DNA of 64,000 nucleotides from the human T2T-CHM13v2.0 reference genome, Homo sapiens. Position 1 is the first letter of the stretch; each line of letters opens with the position of its first letter. The translations under genes were made by a program, and so were the position numbers. Below, one piece after another: positions 14,524 through 33,547 of this stretch. The notes below the pieces were generated by a model that searched no databases, was not told the origin of the DNA, and was given only the letters and a program-made list of their open reading frames with translations. The stretch lies in NCBI RefSeq assembly GCF_009914755.1, contig NC_060925.1; one strand, given 5' to 3'.

Positions 14524-14699
14524 TAGTTTTGTAGTATAACATCTTTAAATCTGTGCAGCATGAAACTTCTTTGCATTATTAGAATCTTTGAATTTGTTCT
14601 GAGTCATTAGATGCAGATAACAATCCATATAATTCATGCATTTTAAAATAAACAACTATCATGCATTCCTTGTATAATGACTTTAAAATGCACTAATGA

Positions 14700-14905
14700 A
14701 AAATAAGTACGTAACAAGGTGATGACACGTAATGTATATTTCAAAATTAATAAGAGTGGATTTCAAATGTTCTCACCACAAAGAAATGATAAATATGTGA
14801 GGTGATAGATATGTTAATTAGCCTGATTTGCTCAATGTATACATGTGTTAAAACATCACATACTACCCCACAAATATATACAATTATTATTGTCAATTAA
14901 AAAGC
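14700..14905 (+). mobile_element. L1MA-like 3' end
   Basis: gttctcaccacaaagaaatgataaatatgtgaggtgat. Confidence 0.75.
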
Positions 14906-14911
14906 AAAAGA

Positions 14912-15200
<289 letters not shown>

Positions 15201-15472
15201 AATAATAAATGGGAAAAAAGAAAAATGAGGATGGGGGAGAAAAAAAAAAAAAGAAAAAGCAAATATATTTTACCCTTAGTCATAGTTCTTTTAACCAGTC
15301 TGCTAATATCACTTGATTTTCTTCAATTTGTTCTAATGATTGCAATTCCAGTTTTCTATATTCTGTGTTGTGTTATTTTAAGTAACAGAAGAATATTATT
15401 TTTGTCAATGTAATTTCATCAATTTTCTTATTTCAAAAACCTGAAATACAGCTCATTTATGACTCAACATAA

Positions 15473-15814
<342 letters not shown>

Positions 15815-15831
15815 CGCATTAATTTTTTTTT

Positions 15832-15955
15832 GGCCAGGCACGATGGCTCATACCTGTAATCCCAGCACTTTGGGAAGCCAAGGCGGTAGGATCGCTTGAG
15901 CCCAGGAGTTTGAGACCAGTCTGGACAACACAGCGAGACCCTGTCTAAATAAAAA
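15832..15955 (+). mobile_element. Alu monomer (FLAM_C-like)
   Basis: ggccaggcacgatggctca...gagaccctgtct. Confidence 0.85.
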
Positions 15956-16891
15956 TTTGAGAATAAAAAAATTTTGAAACAGCTTTACTACATTAAAATT
16001 TTGAATGGAAATTTCTCTTTATATTTTTGTAATCCTTAAGAGGGCAAATTAAAACTCAAAGCTTCTATTACAAAAACACTTCTTAGTGTAGTTGATAGAT
16101 CTTTTTCTAAACAGGAATATGAACATGACAATTCATATTTTTATTGACACAGGTAACTGCATCAGAATCTGCATATTTGATGACACCAGAAAAGACAAAG
16201 GCAAATATGCTTCATTTGAAACATAAAACTTACATCACTCTCAATAAAAAGTATTTCTGTCTCTGTGAAAACAGAAAAACTTGTTAAAAGATCTCAAAGT
16301 TATGAACAAGAATCAAAATTATTTGATCATGAAGATGTCAAAGGAAAATATTTGATGTTAGCTTATAACCATCACCTCACCACTCTGTACAGATTTTTCA
16401 GAAGTAGGAAAATTTTGCACAAACTGTGTTCTGCAGTAACAATGACACTTTTGAAATACTTTGTTTTTAAAGATTATGCTTTAAAAAATAGGTAAAATTA
16501 TATTTTATTATTTTGTGATTTAGTTAATTTTTTAAATAATACTTTTTCAAAAATAAAAGATACTGTTGTCATTTAGCTTGTGTATAGCTATAGCATCACT
16601 TCTTCCTCATGCCTCAGAATTATTTCATTTAACTATATAATCTACAAAGATGCAGAGACTACTGTGGCAGAAATTTTTTTAATAATAACTTTTTTTTTGA
16701 ATGCTCACTATATGTTGAGCACTTCTCTAAGTGATTTTGCTTTATTTTCTCCTCTAATTCTAACCTCTAACTTATGAGGAAGGTACTATTGCTATCCCTG
16801 TGTTTTCAGATAAGATTGATGAGGCTTAGAGAGCTGATAAATGAACTTTTCTATTAAACTAGGAGGAAATAACCCTCTCATTTCATTTTAG

Positions 16892-16990
16892 GGGAGGTTC
16901 ATTACACCTGCTCACTACAGTGATGTCGTGGATGAACGTTCTATTGTCAAACTCTGTGGTTATCCTTTATGTCAGAAGAAGCTGGGAATT
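16892..16990 (+). CDS. RPAP2: RPAP2 exon 4 (99 nt; GRFITPAHY...CGYPLC...LGI), first half of the Rtr1-type zinc finger (C100, C105)
   Basis: Acceptor cattttag, donor ATT|gtaagt; CGYPLC motif. Confidence 0.97.
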
Positions 16991-17198
16991 GTAAGTAACT
17001 CATTTTTTTTAAAATATAGGCTTTTATTATTTTCATTTAGCAAAATACTTTGTTGTAAGAATAAGAAATAAAACCTAAGGTCATGAACTAAAGGCATGGA
17101 TTGGCCAATGATATGATATGTAGATGACTTAATCTTGTAACATAACGTTCATGTTTATTATTTGGATTCTTTTGTAAGCTGTACTTTCTTTTCTTTAG

Positions 17199-17339
<141 letters not shown>

Positions 17340-17767
17340 TAATTTTTAATGATATTAAATAGGATTCTAAAAGAAACTTTAAAATCTTACTGGTTAGAAA
17401 ATAGTGATGTTAAAAGTTTGATTTTATTTGTAAATATTTCAATCAAGGTATTAAAAATTTTTTTGCTTAAGCTTCAATTAAGACTTGAACATTTAAAAGT
17501 GCATATTGGCACAAATCTGGGCAAATAAATCATGGAACAGAATAGAGAGTCAGCAGCAGACTAACCACATATGTAGACACTTGATATATGACAGCGGGAG
17601 TATTGTAGATCAGTAGAGAAAGGATGGATTTTTCAATAAATTATACTGGCACAATTAGTTATGCAAATGGAAAAAATTAAAATTGATGCCTATCTCAGTC
17701 TCTATACATAGATCAATTTTAGGTAGATTAAAGACATAAATGTAAAAGGTAGAAGACACTATGGGAG

Positions 17768-18484
<717 letters not shown>

Positions 18485-19495
18485 TCATCAGAAGTTTCAA
18501 AAAAAAAATGAAAAGAGAAGCCACAAAGCAGAATGTTAACTGACCATAGAATCATATCTAGAATATATGATCTATAAGAAAAAGACAGACAAACTAATAG
18601 AAAAATTTACACAAGGAACTTGAATGGCTAATAAACATATGAAAAGATGCTAAATATTATCAGTAATCAGAGAAATAGCAAATAAAAACACACTGAGTTT
18701 TGTTTTCACAGCCCACAAAATTGCGAATGTTAGGAAATCTTTTTGCAACTAGTGGGAATGAAAATTGGTACAGCCTTTTTGAGAAATGGCTTGGCATTTG
18801 TCTGGTGAAGTCTTTGCACATTCTCTATAATTAAGCCTTTCTATTCCTTGGTATAAACCCTAAAAAAATTCTTACACATGTACACCAGCATGTATGTATA
18901 AAAATGTTTATAGCTGGATAAACAATGTCGTATATACACACAATGGAATATTAGCCTTTAAAAAAAGGAAGGAAATTCTGACACATGCTACAAGGTGGAT
19001 GAACCTTGAAGATAATATGCTAAGTGAAATAAGCCAGCACAAAAGGACAAATACTGTATGCTTTCACTTATATGAGGTACCTAGAGAAGTCAGATTAACA
19101 GAGACAGAAAGTAGAATGATCATCAAGAGAGGTGGGAATGGGAAGTTAGTGTATAGGGTTTCAGTTCTGTAAGATAAAAAGAGTTCTAAAGATGAATGGT
19201 GGTAATAGTTGCACAACAGTGTGAAGGTACTTAATACCACTGTGCTATATACTTAAAAATGCTTATGATGATAAATTTTAGATTATGTATATTTTACCAC
19301 AATTGTGAACATTTTTTAATTGTAAAAAAAAGTTTATAGTAACATTGTAGTGATAGCAAAAAAATTAGAAACAACTCAATTGTCTATAAATGGTAAAGTG
19401 TAATACTCTAACAATGGAATGTAGTACACAGTGAAAATTAATAAGCTACAACTACTTGAATGAATCTTAAAAACATAATTTTAAACAAAAGAAGT

Positions 19496-19728
19496 GGCTA
19501 GGTACGGTGGCTCACACCTATAATTCCAGCACTTTGGGAGGCCAGGGAGAGAAGATAGAGACCAGCCTGGGCAACAAATAGAGACCCCATCTCTACAAAA
19601 AAATAAAATAGCCAGGTGTGGTGGCACGCCTGTAGTCCAAGCTACTCAGGAGGCTGAAACCAGAGGATTACTTGAGCCCAGGAGTTTGAGGCTACAGTGA
19701 ATGAGACCCTGTCCCTAAAAAAAATAAA
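19496..19728 (+). mobile_element. AluJ with internal deletions
   Basis: Shortened dimer. Confidence 0.8.
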
Positions 19729-20091
19729 ATTTAATAAGTGAATGAAGTAAGATAAGAATGTATAACAATATTATTCCATTCAAAAAAATGTTTAAAAATA
19801 GGCAAAACTGAATATTTTTTAATAGGGATATGTACACAGGTGCTAAAACTGAAAGGAAATGAGGGAATGATTAACACCAAATTTATGGTAGTGGTTACTT
19901 CTGGGGAATGCGGAGGGTGATGCAGTTGGGAAGGGGCACATAGAGGCCTTCAAAGGTTCAGTATCTTATTTCTTACCTTGGGTGGTAGATCTGTAGGTTT
20001 CCATTTTATTCTTTGAACGATACATTTATGTTTTATACTCTCAACTGTATGTAGGTAATGTTTCATGATAAGAAAAAAACTAGATTTATAA

Positions 20092-20193
<102 letters not shown>

Positions 20194-21595
20194 TAATTTA
20201 AGTCATTGTGTATATACATTTGTTCATATATTCTAATAATTTGTTTCTGCTTTTTGAGATTAGCTGAGAGTAAGTCTAGTTTTCTGTAAAAAGTTACCAT
20301 TTTATATACTTTATGGGGAAATGGTTATATTTTAAGCATAGCTATTAAGGATTTTACACTTAAAATCAGAAAATGCATACATACAAATGTTATTTGTTTG
20401 TTGTTTTAGCTTTAATTGCAAAATCAGAACTTTAACTCCAGTGTCCTGTGATGCTAGTTATGTCTGTGAATCCTGTTAATATAATAATCCTGGAGGAAGA
20501 ATGTTAAATTTTTTCAGAAGTTACTGGGTCTTAGGATCCAGGTGAACTCTGCTATGAGAAAGGTTAGAAAGTTCAGGTTCATTTAATCTTTATAAAAATC
20601 AGTACACTATTTTATCAATTTAAAGACACAATTAAAAAGTAATTTTTTTTTTTTTGTAAAAAGAGTTTATGGGCAATGCTGGAGTTTAGCCTCTTGGGAA
20701 ATGATTTAAATACTGGCAATGTTTTACTAGATGCTAAAGTCAAGAAAATTTTATTATTGAGGGTGAAATGGCATGATAATATAAAGGTAACAAGTTATCC
20801 TTATGGTAATTAAACTGTATTGCCTAGAAATTCCAATGAAATGCTTAATGAGATAATGCCCAAAATAAATTCATGTTTGAAAGAGTGTATTATAGCAACA
20901 CAAGGCAGTGTTACTTGTGGTAAGGTAGGACCTATGCTAAATAAACTAATGACCTAAACATAATGAGATGCAGGTTAGCTAAAAAGCTCTGGCTCAAAAA
21001 AAAAAAAGCAAACCTTGAAGTCTTTTCTGATGCGTAAGGCGATGTAACACCACTCTCAATTCAAATAACATCAATTATGCTGACAACAGCACCTGTGATG
21101 GCAGACACCTCTGCCTGCCGATCCAATCCTGTGTGGTTTAGGATATGGAAAACTTAACACTGTGTGGCCCTTGATAATTGAGTTAAACATAATTAAGACT
21201 AAATTGTTCATCATTTCACCACCAGTCTGCCAGCTTCCTTGTTGGGAAAATAAAAGACTCTGGCATTGTTCGACATGACTGGGAAGCTAAGAGTACTTTT
21301 TTACTTATCCTTTTTCTCCTTTCTTAATATTTCTGTCACTAGAGCTGCCCAGTACTTCCCCAGTCCTCTGAGAGCAACATGTTTTATTCCCCACTGAAAC
21401 CAGTGTTTCCTCAAGTTATCCTTAACTTTGCTTCCAAAGATATTTTCTCTACATCTTAAATTTAACCCTTTGTGCCACCCTCATATCTACCTCAACTGCT
21501 TCAAAACCATTTACCAAATTACCTTTCCTGCCATCTCTGTTTTCTTCAAGCATAGGTATTGGTCCTTCCTTTAGCTAATTTAAAACAAATCTTCC

Positions 21596-21900
21596 AGCCT
21601 GGTGTAGTGGCTCATGCCTATAATCCCAACACTTTGAGAAGCCAAGGTGGGTGGATCACTTGAGTTTAGGAATTTGAGACCAGCTTAGCCAATATGGTGA
21701 TACCCTGTCTCTACTAAAAATACAAAAATTAATTGGGTATGGTGGCGGGCACCTGTAATCCCAGCTACTCAGGAGGCTGAGGCAGGAGAATCACTTGAAC
21801 CTGGGAGGCGGAGGTTGCAGTGAGCCAAGATCGTGCTGCTGAACTCTAGCCTGGGCCACAGAGTGAGATTCTGTCTCAAAAATTAAATAAATAAATAAAA
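21596..21900 (+). mobile_element. AluS
   Basis: Dimeric Alu. Confidence 0.9.
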
Positions 21901-22078
21901 TGAAGTAAAACAGGTCTTCCTGTAACCTTTTCCTAAAATCTCACCATCCTCTATTCAGAATGCTCACTGTTTCCCAAAACTTGAAGCCCTTTTACTTTAT
22001 ATTTGCAGTTCTTGAAATTCTACCTTAGCTATATACCCTTCACTACCTCACTAAAAAAGAAAGATGAAAATGTCCTTT

Positions 22079-22405
<327 letters not shown>

Positions 22406-22452
22406 TTAATTTACATTTAAATTGTGCAGTAAGTGCTTAGTACCTGGCAGGC

Positions 22453-22495
22453 TACACACATACACATACACATACACATACACATATACATATAC

Positions 22496-22538
<43 letters not shown>

Positions 22539-22544
22539 TATACA
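22453..22544 (+). repeat. (TACACA)n / (YA)n microsatellite, 92 nt
   Basis: Directly visible. Confidence 0.95.
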
Positions 22545-23528
22545 AGTATAAAACCCAACCTGTGAATTTAACAATCACTGGATGCCAGAACATGAATTAA
22601 ACAAGTTTGTGTTGACTTTAATGGGGACCTGTCCTATAAATTAGCAAGGTTAGGACATTGCATAATGAGAAACTGTGAGCAAAAGTGAGAAAATAAACTT
22701 GTGGGAATGGGTTGGGATATTGAACATTGGCCCACTTGAAATTTGGGAAACGAGAAGATAACAATAGGTAAATAACAAAGGGCCAGGCTGAGTGTGGTAA
22801 ACCCTCAAGTATTGGGGAGCCATCAAATGTTTTTGAGCAGAATTTATTCTGATATTGGTGTACAAAATGAATTAAAGAAGAATCATAATTAAAAGAGCTA
22901 AAAGGGTCCTTAGAGAGATTTAATCCAACCCCTTCATTAAGTGTATTTCTTAAACTAGTGATCCGTATGAGACCAGGATTCTATTTATTATATTCCACTT
23001 GATTAGAAGGAAACAGTGAATAATCTATATATATGCATCTGCCTCATTGTATAGCATAACTGTAGCCCTTAATTATATATAACACTTGTCAGTGTATAAC
23101 CATATCAGTATCTTTTATATCTGGATGCATTTGTGTTACCTTAATTTCCAAATTCTTAGGGGCAGGGATTATGTCCATGCTATTTAATGAATCCACTAGA
23201 GGTCACTGTTTTTTCAGACATCTTTTTACCTGTGCCAAGGATCAGAATTCTAGAATTTTGTATTTTTAAAAGCTTGTCTAGCTATTGCACATTTAAGCTC
23301 TACAGAAATGTGATATTTTAAAGAATGTCTGTTTACATATGGCATGGGATACAATATCCTGAGTCAGTCTTCCTTTAGGGAGGAAAAAATTGCTTCTTTT
23401 AAATGGTGGCATGTAGTATTTAATGCAGAGATATTTTTATTAGCTTACAATGAGTCATGATAAAGAATAAATTGCATCATAATAGTAATTTTAATAATCA
23501 TAATTTTAAAATAATAATAAATTTTTAT

Positions 23529-23814
<286 letters not shown>

Positions 23815-25041
23815 TTAAATCCACCCAAAAGATTAGATATCTTATTGAAATGACTTCCAAACTTTCGACCACTATAATAAGTGCATTTTACATTATCTCA
23901 TATATGCATATAACTAAAACTAAAGCAAAACTTCTGTGAAACAATATTATTCTTACTACATGAAATGCCTCTGATATTTTCTACTCTGTTGCTTTTTTAA
24001 AATGCTGGCAGCAACCTACTTAATTGATTGGTCCTGATCTGCAGTTTGAAGAGCGCTGTTTTGTTGGATTTAGCTCACGTTTTTGGTTGTTTTACTGTAG
24101 GAAACCTGCTTCTCAACACTAAGTCTCAGTTTCCTCATTTGTAAAAGGAAAAAGTTGCATTCAACTTCCGAGTTCCCTTTGGTTCTAATGATTTACAGTT
24201 CTAAGCCAATTGTGTCATTAGTCATTGCTACTATAGAGAAAGTTTTCTACATAAGGAAATATTTATTAAAATGATGAAAATTAAAATTATCTGCTTAAGA
24301 CTAGAGAAACTTATACTACCTTGTAGAAAGGTCTGTCTCAATAATTTTGAATAAAGTTACTGACTTTAATAATTTGATCTCTTTAGTCTGTAAAAGTGAA
24401 GGCTGATAAAATGTAGATCAAAGCTTTTAAATTATGAAGAAAAACCAGGCATGTTTTAGAGCATGTCCTGAACAATTTGAACTTGGCATCACTGAGGATG
24501 CCATGACCTTACACACCATTTGGAAACAGAATATTGAATTTGACCTAATTTGGTCTTTCTTACATTATTGTGAAAGCCAGTAAGTACAGGCATATCTTGG
24601 AGATATTGCAGGTTTGGTTCCAGACCACCACTATACTAAAGCAATAAAGCAATCATGGATTTTGTTTCCCAGTGTATGCAAAAGTTATGTTTCCACTATA
24701 CTGTAGTCTTTTAAATGTGCAGTAGCGTTATATCTTTAAAAAATAATGTACATACCTTAATTTTAAAATATTTTATTGCTTAAAGATGCTACTGATCATC
24801 TGAGCCTTCAGCAAGTATTAATCTTTTTGCTGGTGAAGGGTCCTGTTTTGATGTGGATGGCTGCTAACTGATCAGGGTGGTGGTGTCTATAGGTTGGGAT
24901 GGCTGTGGTAATTTGTTGAAATAAGACAACCCCAGGTTTGCTGCACTGATCGACTTCCTTTCACTAAAGATTTCTCTGTAGCATTAGATGCTGTTTGATA
25001 GCATTTTACCCACAGCAGAACATCTTTCAAAATTGGAGTCC

Positions 25042-25344
25042 GGCCAGGAGCAGTGACTTATGCCTGTAATCCCAGCATTGTTGCGGGGCAAGGCAGGAGG
25101 ATCACTTAAACAAGACATTTGAGACCAGCCTGGGCAACATAGAGGGACCCATCTCTACAAAGTATTTAAAAAATAAAAAATTAGCTGGGTGTGGTGGCAC
25201 ACAACTGTAGTCCTTGTAGCTACTTGGGATGCTGAGACTAGAAGATCACTTGAGCATAGGAGTTCATGGTTGCAGTGAGTTAGATCACACCACTGCACTC
25301 CAGCCTTGGCAACAGAGCAAGACCGTGTCTCAAAAAAAAAAAAA
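25042..25344 (+). mobile_element. AluJ inside Tigger1
   Basis: TSD aaaattg(g/a)agtc. Confidence 0.88.
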
Positions 25345-25709
25345 ATTGAAGTCAGTCCTCTCAAACTTCATTGCTGCTTATCAGCTAAGTTTATGGAATA
25401 TTCTAAATCTTGTGTTACCATTTCAACGATGTTGACAGCACCTTCATCAGGAGTAGATTCCATCTCAAGAAACCAGTTTCTTTGCCTATCCATAAGAAGC
25501 AGCTGTATATCCGTTCAAGTTGGATTATGAGATTGATGCAATTCAGTCACATCTTCAAGCTCCACTTCTAATTCTTATCTTGCTATTTCCACCATATCCA
25601 TAGTGACTACCTCTACGGAAGTCTTGAACCCCTCAAAGTCATCCATTAGGGTTACAATCAACTTCTTCCAAGCACTTGTTAATGTTGATATTTTGGCCTC
25701 CTCCCATGA

Positions 25710-26076
<367 letters not shown>

Positions 26077-27221
26077 TCCCAAATGTTCTTAATGACATCT
26101 AGAATGGTGAATCCTTTCGTGAAGGATTTCTATTTACTTTGCCCAAATCCATCAGAGGAATCACTCTATGGCAACTATACCTTTAGGAAATGTATGTCTT
26201 AAGACTTGAAAGTTGAAATTACTCCTTGACCCATGGGCTGCAGAATGGATATTGTGTTAGCAGGCATGAAAACAACACTAATCTTGTACATTTGCATCAG
26301 AGTTCTTGGGTGGCTAGGTACATTGTTAATAATCAGTAATATTTGGAAAGGAATCTTTTTTTTTTTTTTTGAGCAGTAGGTTTCAACAGTTGGCTTAAAA
26401 TATTCAGTAAGCCATGCTGTAAACAGATGTGCAGTCGTTTAGGCTTTGCTGTTCCATTTATGGAACACAAGCAGAGTAGATTTAGCATAATTCTTAGGGG
26501 CCCTAGGATTTTCAGAATAATAAATAAGCATTGGCTTCAACTTAAAGTTACCAGCTACGTTAGCCCCTAACAAGAGAGTCATCCTGTCCTTTGAAGCTTT
26601 GATGCCACATATTTACTTCTCCTCTATAGCTATGAAATCCCTAGATGGCATCTTCCTCCAATATAAGGCTGATTTGTCTACATTGAAAATTTGTTTAGTG
26701 TAGCTATCTTAATCAGTGCTCCTAGCTAGATCTGTTGGATAACTTGCTGTACCTTCTACATCAGCACTTGTGGCTTCACCTTGCACTTTTATGTTGTGGA
26801 GATGGCTTCTTTCCTTGAATCTCATGAACCAAACTTTGCTATCTTCTACCTATTCTTCTGCAGCTTCCTCACCTCTCTCAGTCTTCACAGAATTGAGGAG
26901 AGTTAGAACCTTGCTCTGGATTAGGCTTAAGGGAATGTTGTAGCTGGTTTAACCTATCCAGACCACTAAAACTTTCTCTATACCAGCAATAAGGCTGTTT
27001 TGCTTTTTTGTGTTCACTGGACTAGCATTTTAAATTTCCTTTAAGAACTTTTCTTTTGCATTCACAACTTGCGTACTGGCAAAATAGGCCTAGCTTTTGG
27101 CCAGTCTCAGCTTTTGACATGCCTTCCTCACTAAGCTTAATCATTTCTAGCTTTTGATTTAAAGTGAAAGAAAGTGTGACTCTTCCTTTTACTTGAACAC
27201 TCAGAGGCCATTGTAAGGGTT

Positions 27222-28075
<854 letters not shown>

Positions 28076-30138
28076 CCATTGTAAAGTTACTAATTGGCCT
28101 AATTTCAATATTGTTGTGTCTCAAGGAATAGGGAGGCCTGAGAAGAGGAAGCGAGATGGGTGAACAGCTGGTTGGTGGATCAGTCAGAACACACACATTT
28201 ATCAATTAAGTTTGACATTTTATGTGGGCTTGGTTCATGGTACCCCAAAGCAATTACAACAGTAACATCAAAAATTACCACATATTACTATAACAGATAA
28301 TAATGAAGTTTGAAATATGATAATTACCAAACTGTGACACAGAGAACACATTTTGTTGGAAAAATGGTGCTGACAGACTGGCAGACACAGTTACCACAAA
28401 CATTCAATTTGTAAAAAATGCAGTATTTGCAAAGCGCAGTAAAGGAAAGCACAGTTAAACAAGGTATGCTTGTGTAAATTTATTTACCAGATTTTATAAT
28501 ACCAAAACCAAACAATATCCCTTAGAATTTATAAGAGTAATATCTTTATATCACAGTAAGCTCACTACCTCATTGGTATAGATGTTTAAATAAATTTAAG
28601 ATTTAGACAAATTCATAAATTCTACCTCCATACTTTTATAAGGTTTTGGAGTCAGAAAGGGCCTTGGAGGTTTTCTAGCTCCTCATCTTTAAGGTATGTA
28701 AAATATCTGGAGTAGATCCGTAATGTCATGGAGACTAACAGTGGTTCTCACAAAATGTCTCCTGATACCCTGTTAGAGACAAAACATTGACCTAGAATGG
28801 TCTGGGTCGTGACGCACTGTGATGCTTCTCATCTTGTGAGTTAGAAATTTTTCACCCACTTGGTGGCCAGAAACAGACCACATAGAGTTTTGATGCTCTG
28901 AGACAGTGTGCTCACATAGGTAATTATATAGTTGCAGTTATAAATCCTGTTTGGCTAAATGTAGGCTCTGACAAGCCTTTGAAGGTGGGAAGTCTCCTGC
29001 ATTGTAATCTAAAATCTTAAATCTAAGAAGGACAAATGTGGAAAATCAAATTATGATTTTAAAGATGAAATTGGGGTGAATGGTTAATGCTGACAGAGCT
29101 AAAAGCGCCATCATCTGGTCCAGAGTAGGGGATTTCACACGTTGCTTCTTGGCAGTAAACAGTAGAATCTCAGAGGTGCGGAAGCCAAAAACCTCTGCAG
29201 AACAACTATAACCTCTTCCTGAACAGCCACCTCTGTTGCTTGGTATGCAGAATAAAAGCTTTCTGAAACAGGGTTTGACATGTCTCAAAATAGATTTGAA
29301 AAGTTCTCACCATACCTGCTGCTTCTGTTGGTTTACATATAACATACATATTCCAAGTGATATATATGCACATATATATAAATATGTACATATATCCACT
29401 AAGTTCTTTGGCATAAGTTATTTCTAGTTTTAGATTTACTTTGCTAAAATGAAAACCAATCATCTAATTTATACCTTAGTGAAAGTAAGATGAAAATGTT
29501 TATAAAGAAACAGCTTACAAGCATTCTTTAACTAGGATGGTTACATATTTTTGTTTTGTAAACTGAGCTTTCACAACTATCTTCAGGACAACAAAAATTG
29601 TGGGAAGATAATAGAAAATACTTAGCTGGAAGAGAAATGGCACTTTCTCTTCAAACGAAAGAAATTTGGATTTCATCTAAGAAAGGACAGAAAAGAAAGA
29701 GCAATGTAACTTGGTGCTTCATTCTTTCTAAAACAGCACCTAGCAAAAACAAACTGGAATTTTATATCGAATCTTGAATCTAGTTTATTTCAGTGTCAGG
29801 TACCATTCTTTATAGATTGGGGATGAGGGAAGGTATTTAAGGTTCCTTTAAGATAGTTAAGATCTAGAAACAATGTTGAGTTTAGTTCTTAGAAAAATTA
29901 CACAAAGGAGAAGAAAATAGTTTGTAAAGTATATTGAGTTCCTGTGAAAGGGATTAAGCAAAGGTGGTATCCTTGCAACTTTTTTGGGTCTTTTTCTAAC
30001 ACTAAATAGAGGCAACAGGATATAGAAAGGGCTTGGCCTAATTCGAATCCTAGATTTACTACTTGTTAGCTATGTGATCTTAGGAAGTCATTTAACCTCT
30101 CAAAACTTCGGTTTCCTCATCTATAAAAATAGAGTTGA

Positions 30139-30440
<302 letters not shown>

Positions 30441-32607
30441 GAGTTGTAAATTGTGTGAGGATTAAATGAAATAATGTGTAAAACCATCTAGCAGACAATT
30501 TGGGAAGATGAAAAAGTGCTGGAGATGCATGGTGGCGATAGTTGCACAACAGTGTAAATATACTTCATGCTACTGAACTATATACCTAAAAATGTATTAA
30601 ACGGTAAATTTTACCACAATTTAAAAAATCCACCTAGCATATGGTAGGTGATGCCTACCTTATGCTTTTTCCCTTGCCTTCTTTAAAGATACAATTTTCT
30701 TTTAATTCTCAAAAAATAACAAGTTGTATAGCAGGAGATGTTGCATAAAGCTGTCTTAAATTGCATTCATAATTTACAGTAATGTTTATATATTTTGATT
30801 ACCATTTGATTGAGCTACACTTGGACCTCATTCTTGTTTGGAACTATTCTGCCTTCAAGATCTTGAAATAAGAGCTTCCCGTCTCTGACCACAACCTCTA
30901 TCTCAATCTGCAGCTATCACTCCTGAGTCTGCTTTGTGACCTCATTTTGACCTCCTATCTCTAGCCTAGCTCTATTCTTCTGAGTTGGCAGACCCTCTTA
31001 CTTTTGTTTTCTTGAGCTCTACAGTCAGCGATTACAGTGTCCTCTTAAACAATTGTAGATTCTTTCTCCCTTAACCTTCTGGCATGTCCACCTTCCCAAC
31101 CTCCAGTCATACTTTTTTTCTATTTAGCTTGCTGAACATTTTGGGGAAAGTTCTCAAATAAGACCATTAGCGCTTTAGATAAGCTATCTCATTTAATTCA
31201 GTCCTCTTAGCATCCCTGGGGAAATATTATGTTACTCACTTTATGGATGGTGGAACTGAGGCTCAGAGTGGTATGGTGACTCACCCAAGGACACTTAGTT
31301 ACATATAGATTTGGGATTTAAACCCAGGTCTGTCTGATATCCAAGCCTACATTCATTGTATCCCTTTGGCCCTGTTCTCTCTACTATGTTTTTCCCACCT
31401 TTTTTTTCTTTCTTACTGACTATAGAATAGACCTTTTCTACTCTCAAACTTTGAATCGACCACCAACCATAGTAGATAGTTTAACCCACTTTACTGAACC
31501 AATTGGAGGCATCCAGCAGAAACTCCTTCAACATTATTTTCTTCATATGGGCTCTCATTTCTCTGCCTCATTGCTGATAAAGTACCCTCCTTTATCTTAC
31601 TGATTCCACTTTCTCTCCTGGGCCTTGCTTTATGATTTATTTGTATTCTGCCTCCTTTGAGATATCCTTTCATATTGATTATTTTCCCTCTACCTTAAAA
31701 AAACCTGAAAAATATCTATGAGCAGTCTTATAGTAATTGGTGATCTCAGTGAGAGCCATTTCAGGAGAGAAATGAGTACAGATTCCAGAAGGCAGAAAGC
31801 TGATAACTGAGTAGGAAATATGGAAGTTGAAAATGATGAGGGCAGACTTCTTTAATAAAGGCTTACGATGAAATGAGTAGGGGCTGTATGATCAAAGGAT
31901 TGTTTGTTTGTTTTTTTTAAGAGATTGGGTAGATTTAAACACGATTACATGCTTTAAAAAAGAGAAAAAAGGGAGAGGTTTGTAGAGTAAATACCCCAGA
32001 GTGGAGATTCAAGGGATTAGCCTCAAATGCCTTTATATACAGACTGTATCCATCTTTATAAGCCCAGCTGAAATGACACCTCTCTGAAACTCCTTTTGAT
32101 TGGCTCAGAAGCAAGTTTTTCTCTGATTTCCTGTAGCAGCTTATACATCTCTCATGGCATTTAACACATATTGTCTTGAATAACAGTGTAGTTATTATGA
32201 GCTTTACTGTCTGGGTTTGATTCCTGGCTTCACCACCTACTAGCTGTGTGATTTTGGGCAAATTGCTTATTCTCTCTGTACTCAGTTTCCTTATCTATAA
32301 CATGGGGATAATATTAGTAGCTACATCGTTGTTATGAGGATCAATATCTGTAAAGCTCTTAGAACATGCATTTTTCTTCTACTAAATTTTAAGGTCTGGC
32401 AGGCGCGGTGGCTCACACCTGGTAATCCCAGCACTGTGGAAGGCTGAGGTGGGGGCAGTGGGGAGCGAGGGGTTGTTACTACTCCAATGTAACTGCTTTC
32501 TCAGAAATTAAGGCAAAAAGTCTTACTGACCATGTAAAGGAAATCCAACAATTATAAACAGTCTCTGCCTTTAAGGAGCTTATAGTCTAGTTAAGAAACC
32601 AGACTTA

Positions 32608-32938
<331 letters not shown>

Positions 32939-33060
32939 TTAAACATTTAGGTAATGGTTCTAGTAGTAGGCCATAAAGGAGTTCATGATTAATTATGTTA
33001 ATTGTACAGACAATGATGACTCTGGAATTTAGGGAAGGGATTTACTTTAGTCCAAGTTAG

Positions 33061-33482
<422 letters not shown>

Positions 33483-33511
33483 TAATTTTTATTTCTGTGT
33501 TCTTATTACAG

Positions 33512-33547
33512 GCATCCTGATTTTCAACTGCTAAAGGAAGAACAAAG
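33512..33547 (+). CDS. RPAP2: RPAP2 exon 7 (36 nt; HPDFQLLKEEQ)
   Basis: Acceptor tcttattacag, donor AAG|gtatgg; phase 2/2 links exons 6 and 8. Confidence 0.93.
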
